NCBI GenBank assembly: GCA_017396085.1
Contig: JAFQNC010000026.1
Location: 27,843-91,842, forward strand
Length of the DNA stretch: 64,000 bases
Source: Tidjanibacter sp.
GTDB lineage: Bacteria; Bacteroidota; Bacteroidia; Bacteroidales; Rikenellaceae
Direction: 5' to 3'
The notes below the pieces were generated by a model. The model had not been told where the DNA came from. It did not search any database and saw nothing but the letters and a program-made list of their open reading frames with translations. Each line of letters opens with the position of its first letter. The first letter of the stretch is position 1. The position numbers and the translations under genes were made by a program. This document shows positions 8,486 through 19,400 of the stretch, piece by piece.

Positions 8486-11017
8486 ATGAAACGACTGTTT
8501 ACCTACATCGCTCTGGTGGTGGCCACAATGTCGGTGGCCACGGCACAAGACACCCGCACAGTGCCCGAAATTAGGGGCGACAAACCTCTCTCGGTACGTA
8601 TGGCCGAGAGCGAAATGGTGCGCATACCCGATGCCGTCTATATGGATGGAGTGAAGAAGCCCAAGTGGAACTACACCACGGGGTTGGAACTCCTCTCCAT
8701 CATCCACGCCGGCGACCGCTACCAAATCGGTGCCTTTGAGAAGTATGCACTCGATTGGGTGGATGTGATGTTGAGCGAAGATGGCAAGAGCATACAGACA
8801 TACAAACTCTCCAACTACAACCTCGACCATATCTGCCCCGGCAGGCTCCTCTACCGAGCCTACGACCGCACCGGCGACAAGCGTTACCGCAACGCCCTGC
8901 GACTGATGTGGGAGCAGTTGGAGGGCCAGCCTCGCACCCCCGAGGGTGGCTATTGGCACAAGAAGGCCTACCCCAATCAGATGTGGCTTGACGGACTCTA
9001 TATGGCCGAGCCCTTCAAGACGGAGTATCTGCGTAGGTTTGGCGGCGGCAAGAGCGGTATTGACAGAAAGCACGGCTACGAGGATATTGTAAAACAGTTT
9101 GTGCTGGTGGCCGAAAAGACCTACGACCCCGCCACGGGGCTCTTCCGCCACGCTTGGGACTCCTCCAAAGAGATGTTCTGGTGCGACAAGACCACGGGCC
9201 AAAGTCAGCACGCTTGGTTGAGGGCAATGGGTTGGTACACCGTAGCCCTCGTGGAGGTGCTCGAAATGTTGCCCCCCAAGACCGAAGGTAGGGAAACACT
9301 CATCGGCCTACTCAACCACATCTTCCAGACCATTCCCGCCTTTGCCGACCCGCAGAGCGGTATGTGGTATCAGGTGATGGACTGCCCCACAAGGGAGGGT
9401 AACTACGAGGAGGCCACGGGCTCCATTATGCTCACCTATGCAATGCTCAAAGCGGGCAGGTTGGGCTTTGTGGATAGGAGTTACAGGGCCAAGGGTGCCG
9501 AGTTGTATGAGAAGTTTGTGGAGCGTTTTATGCGTGAGAATGGCGATGGAACCATCTCAATGATACAGTGTTGCGCCGTGGGCGGCTTGGGTGGCAAGCA
9601 AAATCGTATGGGCGACTTTGCCTACTACCTCTCGGAGCCCATCATTGAGAACGACTGCAAGGGCGTGGGTCCCTTCATCTGGGCCTCGCTGGAGTATGAG
9701 GCTCTGCACAACATCGACTACCGCCCCGCCGAGTTGGCCCTCACCGAGCAGACTCCCGCCTTCCCCGGAGCCGAGGGTGGCGGTATGTGGGCCACGGGTG
9801 GCCGAGGTGGCAGGGTGTTGAAGGTAACCTCGTTGGCCGATGACGGCTCGGAGGGCACACTGCGTTGGGCTCTGGAACAAAAGGGACCAAGGATGATACT
9901 CTTTGAGGTGAGCGGCACCATTGAGTTGAAAGAGATGTTGCACGTGAGGGAGGGTAACTTCACCCTCGCCGGCGAGAGCGCACCCGCAGGCGGCATCTGC
10001 ATCAGCGGGCACGACACCCGCTTTGAGGCCGACAACATCATCGTGCGCCACCTGCGTTTCCGCCTTGGAGATAGGACCAAGACACAGGAGGATGCCGTGG
10101 AATTTCGCAAGTGTACAAGGGCCATTGTGGACCACTGCTCGATGAGTTGGAGCGTGGACGAGTGCGCTTCGGCCTATGGCAACAGGGATTTCACAATGCA
10201 GTACTGCCTCATCAGCGAGAGCCTTAACCACTCTACCCACAAGAAGGGCGACCACGGCTATGGTGGCATTTGGGGCGGCCGCAACGCCACCTTCCACCAC
10301 AACCTGCTCGCACACCACACCTCACGCAACCCCCGTTTGGACCACCCCTTCATCTATTGGGGTAGCGATGAGTTGCTCTACCGTGGCACCGTGGAGGTCT
10401 ACAACAATGTGGTCTACAACTGGAAGAACAAAGCCTGCTATGGCGGTGAAGAGGGCTGGTGGAGAGTGTGCAACAACCTCTTTATGCCCGGCCCCGACAC
10501 CAAGAACAAAAAGGAGTTTTTGGAGGCCTCGGTCTACAAAAAACCCTATGCTGCCACGGGCCACTACCACATCAGCGGCAATGTGTTGGCCGGCAACGAG
10601 AGTGTTGAGCAGGACAACTGGAATGGCGTAACCATCAAGGGTGGCGCAAGCCGAGAGGATGTGGAGATGGCAGCCCCGAGGAAGATGTTTGGCGAGCCTG
10701 CGTGGTCGGCCTACGAAAGGGTGGTTGTGCAGAGTGGCGTGGGTGCCAAGCCTGCCGATGCGGTGGACCAAAGGGTACTCCAAGAGGTGTTGTTGAATGG
10801 CGGAAAAATTGTCAATTCGCAGGAGGAAGTGGGCGGTTGGCCCACCCTCAAAGGCAAGAGAAAAGTGGCCAAAGACAGCGATGGCGATGGTGTGCCCGAT
10901 AGGTGGGAGAAGCGCAACGGAATGGACAAAAATAATCCTGCCGATGGGGCCACATTGAGGGCTGACGGATATTCCAACTTGGAGCACTACCTCTTCAGCC
11001 TGACCGAAACAAGGTAA
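8486..11017 (+). CDS. Fused GH105 unsaturated galacturonyl hydrolase and PL1 pectate lyase
   Basis: ATG at 8486 gives a signal peptide (MKRLFTYIALVV...). N-domain has WNYTTG, NLDHI, HKKAYPNQMWLDGLYMA and WLRAMGW (GH105); C-domain has AFPGAEGGG and RNPRLDH (PL1). Confidence 0.9.
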   Translation: MKRLFTYIALVVATMSVATAQDTRTVPEIRGDKPLSVRMAESEMVRIPDAVYMDGVKKPKWNYTTGLELLSIIHAGDRYQIGAFEKYALDWVDVMLSEDGKSIQTYKLSNYNLDHICPGRLLYRAYDRTGDKRYRNALRLMWEQLEGQPRTPEGGYWHKKAYPNQMWLDGLYMAEPFKTEYLRRFGGGKSGIDRKHGYEDIVKQFVLVAEKTYDPATGLFRHAWDSSKEMFWCDKTTGQSQHAWLRAMGWYTVALVEVLEMLPPKTEGRETLIGLLNHIFQTIPAFADPQSGMWYQVMDCPTREGNYEEATGSIMLTYAMLKAGRLGFVDRSYRAKGAELYEKFVERFMRENGDGTISMIQCCAVGGLGGKQNRMGDFAYYLSEPIIENDCKGVGPFIWASLEYEALHNIDYRPAELALTEQTPAFPGAEGGGMWATGGRGGRVLKVTSLADDGSEGTLRWALEQKGPRMILFEVSGTIELKEMLHVREGNFTLAGESAPAGGICISGHDTRFEADNIIVRHLRFRLGDRTKTQEDAVEFRKCTRAIVDHCSMSWSVDECASAYGNRDFTMQYCLISESLNHSTHKKGDHGYGGIWGGRNATFHHNLLAHHTSRNPRLDHPFIYWGSDELLYRGTVEVYNNVVYNWKNKACYGGEEGWWRVCNNLFMPGPDTKNKKEFLEASVYKKPYAATGHYHISGNVLAGNESVEQDNWNGVTIKGGASREDVEMAAPRKMFGEPAWSAYERVVVQSGVGAKPADAVDQRVLQEVLLNGGKIVNSQEEVGGWPTLKGKRKVAKDSDGDGVPDRWEKRNGMDKNNPADGATLRADGYSNLEHYLFSLTETR

Positions 11018-11076
11018 AAGCCAAAGAGTTGGGCCCGCCGTGGGCAGCCGTCAAGGCGTGCGGAGCCAAATGCGGG

Positions 11077-11106
11077 GTGTCAAAAAATCCGTGCAAAGTG
11101 TCAATT
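11077..11106 (+). promoter_or_regulatory. Candidate HTCS binding site (GTGTCAA direct repeat, 21-bp period)
   Basis: GTGTCAAAAAATCC-N7-GTGTCAATT, immediately upstream of the susC -33 element. Confidence 0.65.
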
Positions 11107-11112
11107 TTTACA

Positions 11113-11143
11113 TTTGTATTAACGTAGTTAATTTGTATATTTG
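11113..11143 (+). promoter_or_regulatory. Bacteroidetes primary-sigma promoter for susC (-33 TTTG, -7 TATATTTG)
   Basis: TTTG at 11113-11116 and TATATTTG at 11136-11143, 19-bp spacer. Confidence 0.75.
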
Positions 11144-11335
11144 CAATACCTAAAAACCTATACTCACACCTAAAAGCACTACATTCGGACCAAAACAGTC
11201 TAAAACTACCTTACTCTACCTCCCTTGTTCGGGCACCAAAGAGTGGCAATCGGTTGCCATAGTTGCGATGGCAATTTGAACAATTCAATCAACCTATCAT
11301 AATTAACCAAATTAACATTAACCAAATTTCAAACC

Positions 11336-14300
11336 ATGAAAAACTTTACTAAAAAGTTTGCCCTACTGCTCGTAGGGTTGAGCCTTGCCCTCACAGCGGA
11401 GGCTCAAAAGGTTAGCGGTATTGTTAAGGACACGGCAGGTGAGCCAATCATTGGCGCATCGGTCATTGTCGAAGGTACTACCAACGGTACGTCTACCGGC
11501 GTTACCGGCGAGTGGAGCCTCGATGTGCCCAACGCACCGCAGAAAAAGTTGGTCTTCTCGTACCTCGGTATGAAAGACAAGACCGTGGCTATCGGTAGCC
11601 GCACCTACATCGAAGTTACTTTGGAGAACGACTCCCAAGTGATGGAAGATGTTGTGGTTGTGGGCTATGCAACCGTAGCACGTAAGGACCTTATCGGTTC
11701 GGTATCTTCGGTGGACTCCGAGACACTGACTTCGCAGCCCGTGACCAGCGTGAGCGAAGCACTGGCAGGTAAGATGGCAGGTGTGCAGGTAACCACCACC
11801 GAGGGCGACCCCGATGCCGACATCAAGATTCGTGTACGTGGTACCGGTTCGATTACTCAGGACTCTTCGCCCCTCTACATCGTGGATGGTTTCCCCGTTG
11901 ACAACATCAACGACATCCCCTCGAGCGACATCCAGAGCATTGACGTGTTGAAAGACGCTTTCTCGACCGCCATCTACGGCTCGCGTGGTGCAAACGGTGT
12001 TATCATCGTTACCACCAAGAGCGGCCAAGAGGGTAAGCTGAGCGTAAACTACAATATGTATGTTGGCGTTAAGACTATGGCCAACAGGGATGCCATTGAG
12101 GTTATGGAGCCCTACGACTTCGTTCAGTTGCAGTATGAGAACTACCTCCTCAATGGTGGTTTGAGCGACCGCTACGAGCCCGTGTTCGGTATGTTCCAAG
12201 ACATCGACCTCTACAAAGGTTTGAAGGGTAACGACTACATCGGTCAGATTTTCGGCAACCAAGGTCGCAGTATGAACCACAACCTCTCGGTGAGCGGTGG
12301 TAGGGATGGTTTCAGCTGGACTGCAAGTTATGCACGTATGGAGGATGACGCCATTATGCTTGGCTCGAACTACCTGCGTAACAACCTCAACTTGAAGACC
12401 AAAATCAAAGCCAACAAGAAACTCTCGTTTGACTTCAACTTGCGTTACTCGGACACTGACGTGCGTGGTGCAGGTGCCAACTCGCTCAACGATGGCGGTG
12501 GCTCCACCTCGGGTAGCAACGCTCGTCTGAAACACGCCGTTATCTACACTCCCATTCCCATCAAGAGCAGTGTGGAGGGTAGCGACCTCGAAGAGGACTA
12601 TGGCGACTCGGCGCCCCCATTGCAGAGCCTTAGGGACAACGACAAGAAGCGCAACCGTCAGAACTGGAACCTCAATGGTGCAGTTACTTGGAAGGCACTC
12701 AAAGGCCTCAACGTGAAGATTGAGGGCGGTTTGGACACCTATTCGCAGGCTGATTACTACTATTATGGTATCACCTCTTACAGGGCTGCCAACATCGCAT
12801 ATCCCGAGCAGAAAGGTCTGCCTTCGATTGCCTACAACGACTACGACCGCACTCGTCTGCGCAACACCAACACCATTCACTACAACGTTGGTGAGGCATT
12901 CGACTGGGAGGATAGCAAACTCGACATTCTGCTTGGTCAGGAGTACATCCTCACTCAATCGCAGAAACAGACTTCCGAACTCGGTGGCTATCCCGACTTC
13001 TTCACTGCCGATATGGCTTGGAACTTTATGGCTTCGGGTATTGCCAACAGCACCAACATCTTCTACAGCCAGGACGACAAACTCCTTTCGTTCTTCGGTC
13101 GTGTGAACTACGACTGGAAGGGTATCCTCTCGGCCAGCGCAACAATGCGTGCCGATGGTTCTTCGAAGTTCTTGGGCGCAAACCGCTGGGGCTACTTCCC
13201 CTCGGGTGCAGTTGCAGTGCGTCTGTCGGAGATTGGTGGTTTGAAGGATGTTGAGTCGCTCGACAACCTGAAGATTCGTTACAGCTATGGTACCGCAGGT
13301 AACAACAACATTCCCTCGGGCCAGACTATGCAGACCTTCAAGGCCAACACTTCGAGCTGGATTTCGCAGGGCGGTATCATCTGGTCGGCAGGTAAGACTA
13401 TGCCTAACCCCGACCTGAAATGGGAGACCACCGTTTCGCACAACCTCGGTTTGGACTTCTCGTTCCTTGGTGGTAAGGTTAGCGGTTCGGTTGAGGCCTA
13501 TCGCAACAACACCAAAGACCTGCTGATTAACTTCCCCACCGCAGGTAGTGGCTACGACACCCAGTATCGCAACCTCGGTGAGGTGCAGAACGAGGGTATT
13601 GAGGCAACCTTGAACCTGACCATCTTTGAGACCAAGAATGCAGGTTTGACCATCTCGGCCAACGCATCCTACAACCGCAATGAGGTTATAAGCCTCGGTA
13701 TGGACTACATTATGGAGAGCTCCAACTGGGCTTCGACCGAGATTAAGGGCGACTACCTCGTTGAGGCAGGCCAGCCTATGGGTAATATGTATGGCTTTGT
13801 GAGCGATGGTTTCTACACCGTTGACGACTTCGAGAGCTACGATGGCAAAGCGTGGGTACTGAAAGAGGGTGTTGCAGATGCCAGCGAGGTTGTTGGTAGC
13901 AACTATATGCGCCCCGGTGCTCGCAAGTTCAAAGACCTCTCGGGTGATGGTAAGATTAGCACCGATGCCAACTCCAAAGACAAGGCTATCATTGGTAACG
14001 CACTGCCCGATTGGACCGGCGGTCTTATCATTTCGGGTTGGATTGGCAACTTCGACTACTCGGCAAACTTCAACGCCGTGTTTGGCAACGAGATTTACAA
14101 CGCCAACTTGGTGGAGTTCACCTCGACTCGCAAGTACAACTACCGTAACCTGCTGAACACTATGACAGTGGAGAACCGCTGGACCAACGTTGATTGGACC
14201 ACCGGTGAGTTGGTGAACGACCCCGACAAGTTGGCAGAGATGAATGCCGGCAAGACCGAGGGTTCGCCTATGATTTACAACGCTGCATTCAGCGATGCTG

Positions 14301-14557
14301 CTGTTGAGGACGGTTCGTTTGTTCGTTTGGCAAGCGTAACCTTGGGTTACACTTTCCCCGAGAAACTGACCAAACGTGTTGGTATCCAGAACTTGCGTGT
14401 CTACGCAACCGGTTCCAACCTCTTCTTGTGGACCAACTATTCGGGCTACGACCCCGAGGTTGATTCGCGCCGCAGCACTCCTCTTACTCCGGGTGTAGAC
14501 TACTCGGCATATCCCAAGAGCAGAGGTGTAGTATTTGGTCTGAACCTCACATTCTAA
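11336..14557 (+). CDS. susC: SusC-family TonB-dependent transporter (pectin PUL)
   Basis: CarboxypepD-like N-terminus, EDVVVVGY, plug ([32 protein letters not shown]), NPDLKWET and terminal GLNLTF. Confidence 0.97.
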   Translation: [1073 protein letters not shown]

Positions 14558-14572
14558 ACCTCTTAAAAGACT

Positions 14573-16417
14573 ATGAAAGCGATGAAAAAGATTGCATATA
14601 TTATAATGATGATTGCCGCATCCGCATCGTTGTACTCTTGCAGCGACTTCTTGGATGTGGAGACCAAGTCGGAGTTTGACGAGTCGGTAGTATTCTCAAA
14701 CTACACCTTGGCCGAATACAACGTGTTCGGAATTTCGGATGCATTTGGTCAGACCAACGGCCACCGTGGTCGCTACCTGCCCTACTACGGCTTCAACACC
14801 GACATTGAGTGGAACAACAACACCGATGCCGGCGACAAGCGCGACCTGTCGGCCTACAACACCAAGACCGGTAACGGCCAGATGAGTAACAGCAATGGTC
14901 CTTTCGAGTGCCTCTATACCGGTGTTGAGAGGGCTAACCTCTGCATTGCAGGCCTGAAGAAACACGGCAACATTGAGAACGACCCCGAGATGGCCTACCT
15001 CTATGGCGAGGCTCTGGTGCTCCGTGCAGTGCTCTACCACGACCTGCTCAAAGGTTGGGGTGATGTTCCTGCTCGCTTTGAGCCCATCAACTCGGAGACC
15101 ATCTACATTCCCAAGAGCAACCGTGATGTGATTTACAAACAGCTTCTGGCTGACCTTGAGACCGCAATTCCTATGCTCTACTGGCCCGGCGAGAAGGCAC
15201 AGACTATGCGCACCGACCGTATCAGCAAATCGTTTGCCATCGGTATGTATGCCCGCTTGGCTCTTGCAGCAAGTGGCTACGCTCTGCGTCCTGATGAGGG
15301 TATGCTTGGTACCAACAACCCCGGCTCGGTACGCAAAACCGATGATGCCGACTTGCAGGCAAGCGTGCTCTATCCCAAGGCTCTGAACTATCTGAAACAG
15401 GCTATCAACCAGAAGTGCAACAGCCTCTATGGCAACTACATTGACCTCTGGAAGGCAACTTCGGATATGGACCTGACCGCAGGTAAGGAGACTCTGTTTG
15501 TGATTCCCTTCAGCGATGGTCGTGGTAGGTGGAACTACTCATTCGCCATCAAAGATGATGACTTCAGCGGCAGGGGTGGTAATGCAGGTCCCGTGCCCAC
15601 TCTCTACTTCGACTACGACAGCGATGATGTTCGCAGGGACATCAGCTGCGTGAACTGGAAGTGGGGCAAAGGCCACATTGCCGAGCCCTCCAACGTGAAC
15701 AACTGGTACTTTGGTAAGTACAGGTTTGAGTGGCAGATTAAGGCTCCCTATGGTGGCGGTAACGACTGCGGTGTGAAACCCATCGTGATGCGCTATGCCG
15801 ACATTCTGCTGATGGCAGCCGAGATTGCCAACAGCACCGAGTGTGGCGCAAGGGACGAGACCTTTGCTAAGAATTGCTTGTTGGAGGTCCGCGAGAGGGC
15901 TTTCAAGGGCAACGAGAGCGAGGCTCAGGCCTATGTGAACGCACTCAGTGGCGAGGAGAACATCCAACTCGCAATTGAGGAGGAGAGGAAACTGGAGTTC
16001 GTTGGTGAGTTCTTGCGCAAGGGCGACCTCATCCGTTGGGGCAAACTTGGCAGCAAACTTACCGAGACCAAACAGAACCTCATCGACCTCGCCAACTTGC
16101 AGGGCAAGTACACCTTCCTCAGTGGCGACCTCTACTGGAAGGACAATGGCGCAGAGGGTATCACCATCTACGGCCTCGAGCCCAACCAGAAGGCTGCTCC
16201 CGCAGGTGCCGAGGGTGAGTGGACCCACATCAAGGAGTATATCAAACCCGACAGGTTCTACTCCGACAAGAGCAAAGTCTACGCCTACGATGTTCTCTTT
16301 GAGAACGACCCCGACACCCGCCAGTTCTGGCCCTTATTTGATGCAACTTGCGTTGCCAACACCCAGCTCAAGAACGACTACGGCTATGCCGGTAACGATG
16401 CAGAGGGTGGCAAATAA
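14573..16417 (+). CDS. susD: SusD-family lipoprotein
   Basis: Lipobox LYSC-SDFLD; GEALVLRAVLYHDL, WGDVP, MRYADILLMAAE and EERKLEFVGE; follows susC. Confidence 0.96.
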   Translation: MKAMKKIAYIIMMIAASASLYSCSDFLDVETKSEFDESVVFSNYTLAEYNVFGISDAFGQTNGHRGRYLPYYGFNTDIEWNNNTDAGDKRDLSAYNTKTGNGQMSNSNGPFECLYTGVERANLCIAGLKKHGNIENDPEMAYLYGEALVLRAVLYHDLLKGWGDVPARFEPINSETIYIPKSNRDVIYKQLLADLETAIPMLYWPGEKAQTMRTDRISKSFAIGMYARLALAASGYALRPDEGMLGTNNPGSVRKTDDADLQASVLYPKALNYLKQAINQKCNSLYGNYIDLWKATSDMDLTAGKETLFVIPFSDGRGRWNYSFAIKDDDFSGRGGNAGPVPTLYFDYDSDDVRRDISCVNWKWGKGHIAEPSNVNNWYFGKYRFEWQIKAPYGGGNDCGVKPIVMRYADILLMAAEIANSTECGARDETFAKNCLLEVRERAFKGNESEAQAYVNALSGEENIQLAIEEERKLEFVGEFLRKGDLIRWGKLGSKLTETKQNLIDLANLQGKYTFLSGDLYWKDNGAEGITIYGLEPNQKAAPAGAEGEWTHIKEYIKPDRFYSDKSKVYAYDVLFENDPDTRQFWPLFDATCVANTQLKNDYGYAGNDAEGGK

Positions 16418-16455
16418 CAGAGACACACACTTATACCTTTGAATAATATAAGTAT

Positions 16456-19400
16456 ATGAAAAAGATATTCAGAAACATTGCATTGTTTGCTGCGACAGCA
16501 TTGGCAGCGGTGGGTTGTGCTCCCGAACAGGGCGAGATTATCGACACCATCGAGCTCAATCGTGCGCTCTCTCCTCTGGAGTTCAAAGCAAACGTGATTG
16601 CCTCCAAGGGTACAGACGTGGAGTTCTCTTGGGAGGTAATGGAAGGCGTTGAGAAGTATGAGCTTCAGCTTTTCGCCGCCGCCAAAGATGCCGAGGGCAA
16701 CACCGTTGCCCCCAACTACGATGAGGCTTCGCCCATCGACACCTACATTGTTCTGCCCGAGGAGGTTCCCTACCGAGTAGACAACCTCACAGTGGATGCA
16801 GATTTCTATGCCCGTGTGCGCAGTTGCAAGACCAACTTGGAGCCCTCGAAATGGGTGGCTCTGGAGGAGGACTTCTCGACCTTTGCAGTGCGTAACAGCC
16901 TCAACCCCAAAGTTACCGAGCGTGGCACCGACTACATCGTTGTGTCGTGGGATGCTGCCGAGGACAAAGGCGACCTGACCAGCCTGCGTGTTGCACCCGT
17001 GAGGGAGGGCGAGGAGGTTGTTATCACCTTGGAGAGCGCCGACAAAGAAGCTTGCAGCAAGAGGGTGGAGGGCCTGACCGCCTGCACCGACTACCGCTTT
17101 GAGTTGGTATTCGGCAAGAGCGGCTCGCGTGGTATAACCACCGGTTGGACCCGTCCTTCCGATTCCGGTTTCAACACTGTGGACACCGTTGAGGCTATCG
17201 TGAATGCCGTCACCGGCACCGTTGGTGATGTGAAACTCCTCGTTGAGTACAACGATGGCGTGCCCTACGTTCTTCCTGTATTTGAAGACATCCAGTGCAA
17301 CCTCTACCTCGTTGGTAAAGGCACCGGTGATGGCAAAAAACCCATCATCAACAACCTCGATATCCGTCCCAAAGTGGCTATTGAGAAAATCCACATTGAG
17401 GACTTAACACTCGATGGTGTCAACACAGCAGGTTTTGTGGTTGACAACAAGGGTGCAAAAATCACCGAGTTGGCACTCGTCAACTGCGAAATCACAGGCT
17501 ACACCAAGGGTGTACTCTATGGTAGTGGTGGTAACACCAGCGGTTGCGACGACATCCGTATTGAGGGTTGCTACATTCACGACCTCAACAATGAACTCGC
17601 TGCCAACGGTAACGCAATCGGCGGTGGTGACTTGTTGGACTTCCGTAATGGTGAATACAAGAACTTCAACATCGTAAATAACACTTGGAGCTATTGCGGT
17701 CGTTCGTTCTTGCGTATTGACATCGCAACCGAGAGTATCGTTGTTGCCAACAACACCTTCAATGCAGTTGGTATCGCTGCCAACACCAACGGTATCTTCT
17801 ATGTTACCAAAGTGGCTCCCCAAGCATTCACAAGTTCGAAGAACGTGTTCTTGAATATGAATAGCGATATCGAGGCAGTAGTAGCCAAGGTTGGTCTTGG
17901 TAAGAATGGTAGTGGTGGTTTCGCTCCAAAATTCGAGAACTGCTATTTCTTCAATGTTGCAAGCACCTATTTTAATGGCTCAAAATACACCGCTTGGGGT
18001 GCTGAGACTACTTTTGGCGAGGCTGATGCATTGGCCGATGGTGGTAAGATTCTGACCGAGGACCCCTGCGTGAACTCGGCCGGTGCCAAATTCTACCTCA
18101 ATACCACCAGCGACATCTCCGCCAAGAAGGTGGGTGACCCCCGTTGGTGGAACGCACAGCAGCCCGTGATTATCCGTGCTACCGAACTCACTCTCGTGAG
18201 CGAGCCCTACGTGTGGGACTTCACCACCAAGAGCAAGTTCGACACCGAGACCCTTGAGAAAGCAACCATCATCGACAACGTGCGCATCTACGCTACCGCC
18301 GAGGTGCCCGCCGAGGTTGTTATGGGCGAGGGCGTTAAGTTCAGCAAGGGCGCAATGGTTGGTGCCAATGGCGAGCCCGAGTACAGCGCAGTTGGTGTGC
18401 TGACCGAGGGCTATGGTGCCATCGTGGTTACCGCACAGGGCGAGAGCGGCATCGAGACTATGCAGGTTTTGGCCGGTGGCGACCGCTACACCATCTTGGC
18501 CGATGGCGAGCCCCACAAGGTTGTGTTGGGCGACCTCGCAGGCGAGAACAACATCTACGTTCTGGCTTCGAGTGCCGTTACCCTCACCAAAGTGGAGTGG
18601 ACCAAAGACATCACCCCCGACCAAACCGTGTTCCCCTTGGCTAAACCCGCCATCAACCTCTCGGCAAGCAGCCTCGATGAGGGTACTGCCGAGGCAGTTA
18701 CCGTGTCGTGGGAGGCTGTGGAAAACGCCGACAAGTATGTGCTCTCCGGCCTTGGTCAGACTTTGGAGTTCGCCGCAACCGAAGAGTTGTCGCTGACCGT
18801 GCCCGCCGAGCAGGTGGCAGTTCTGCCCGTTGGCGAGTACCCCATCACCCTGACCGCCTACCCCGTTGAGACCTCCAGCAAGTACTGCGCATCGGAGACC
18901 GCCACCGCAACCTTCAAGATTAAGGAGGTTGTCCTCGGCGCTCCCGTAACCCTCACTTGGGACTTCTCATCGGCAGCTTGGGCTGACGTAATCGCAGAAA
19001 TCAAAAACGACAAGAGTTGTACCACCTACAACAAGACTATTGATGGTTTGACTCTGAGTACCGCCACCAAATACTTGCAGGCTGCAAATAACTACATCCA
19101 AATGGGTGGTAGTGGTAGTACCACTGAGCGTGTATTCACATTTACTGCTCCTGCCAATGGTACACTCAAAGTTACTGTTGCGGGTGCGGGTAAAGAAGAC
19201 CTCAATCGCAATGTCGTCGTTCAAGTAGGTTTGGAGGGTGAAGCAACCAAACAAGTTGGTGGCGTATGGCCCGATGCAACTGAACTCACTTGGGATATTA
19301 CCTCAAATGGCGAAACCGTTTACATCTACACCGATGCAGGTTTAAGGTTCTACAAGATTGAGTACACCTACGTTCAGGCTGCTGCACAGGATTACGTTAT

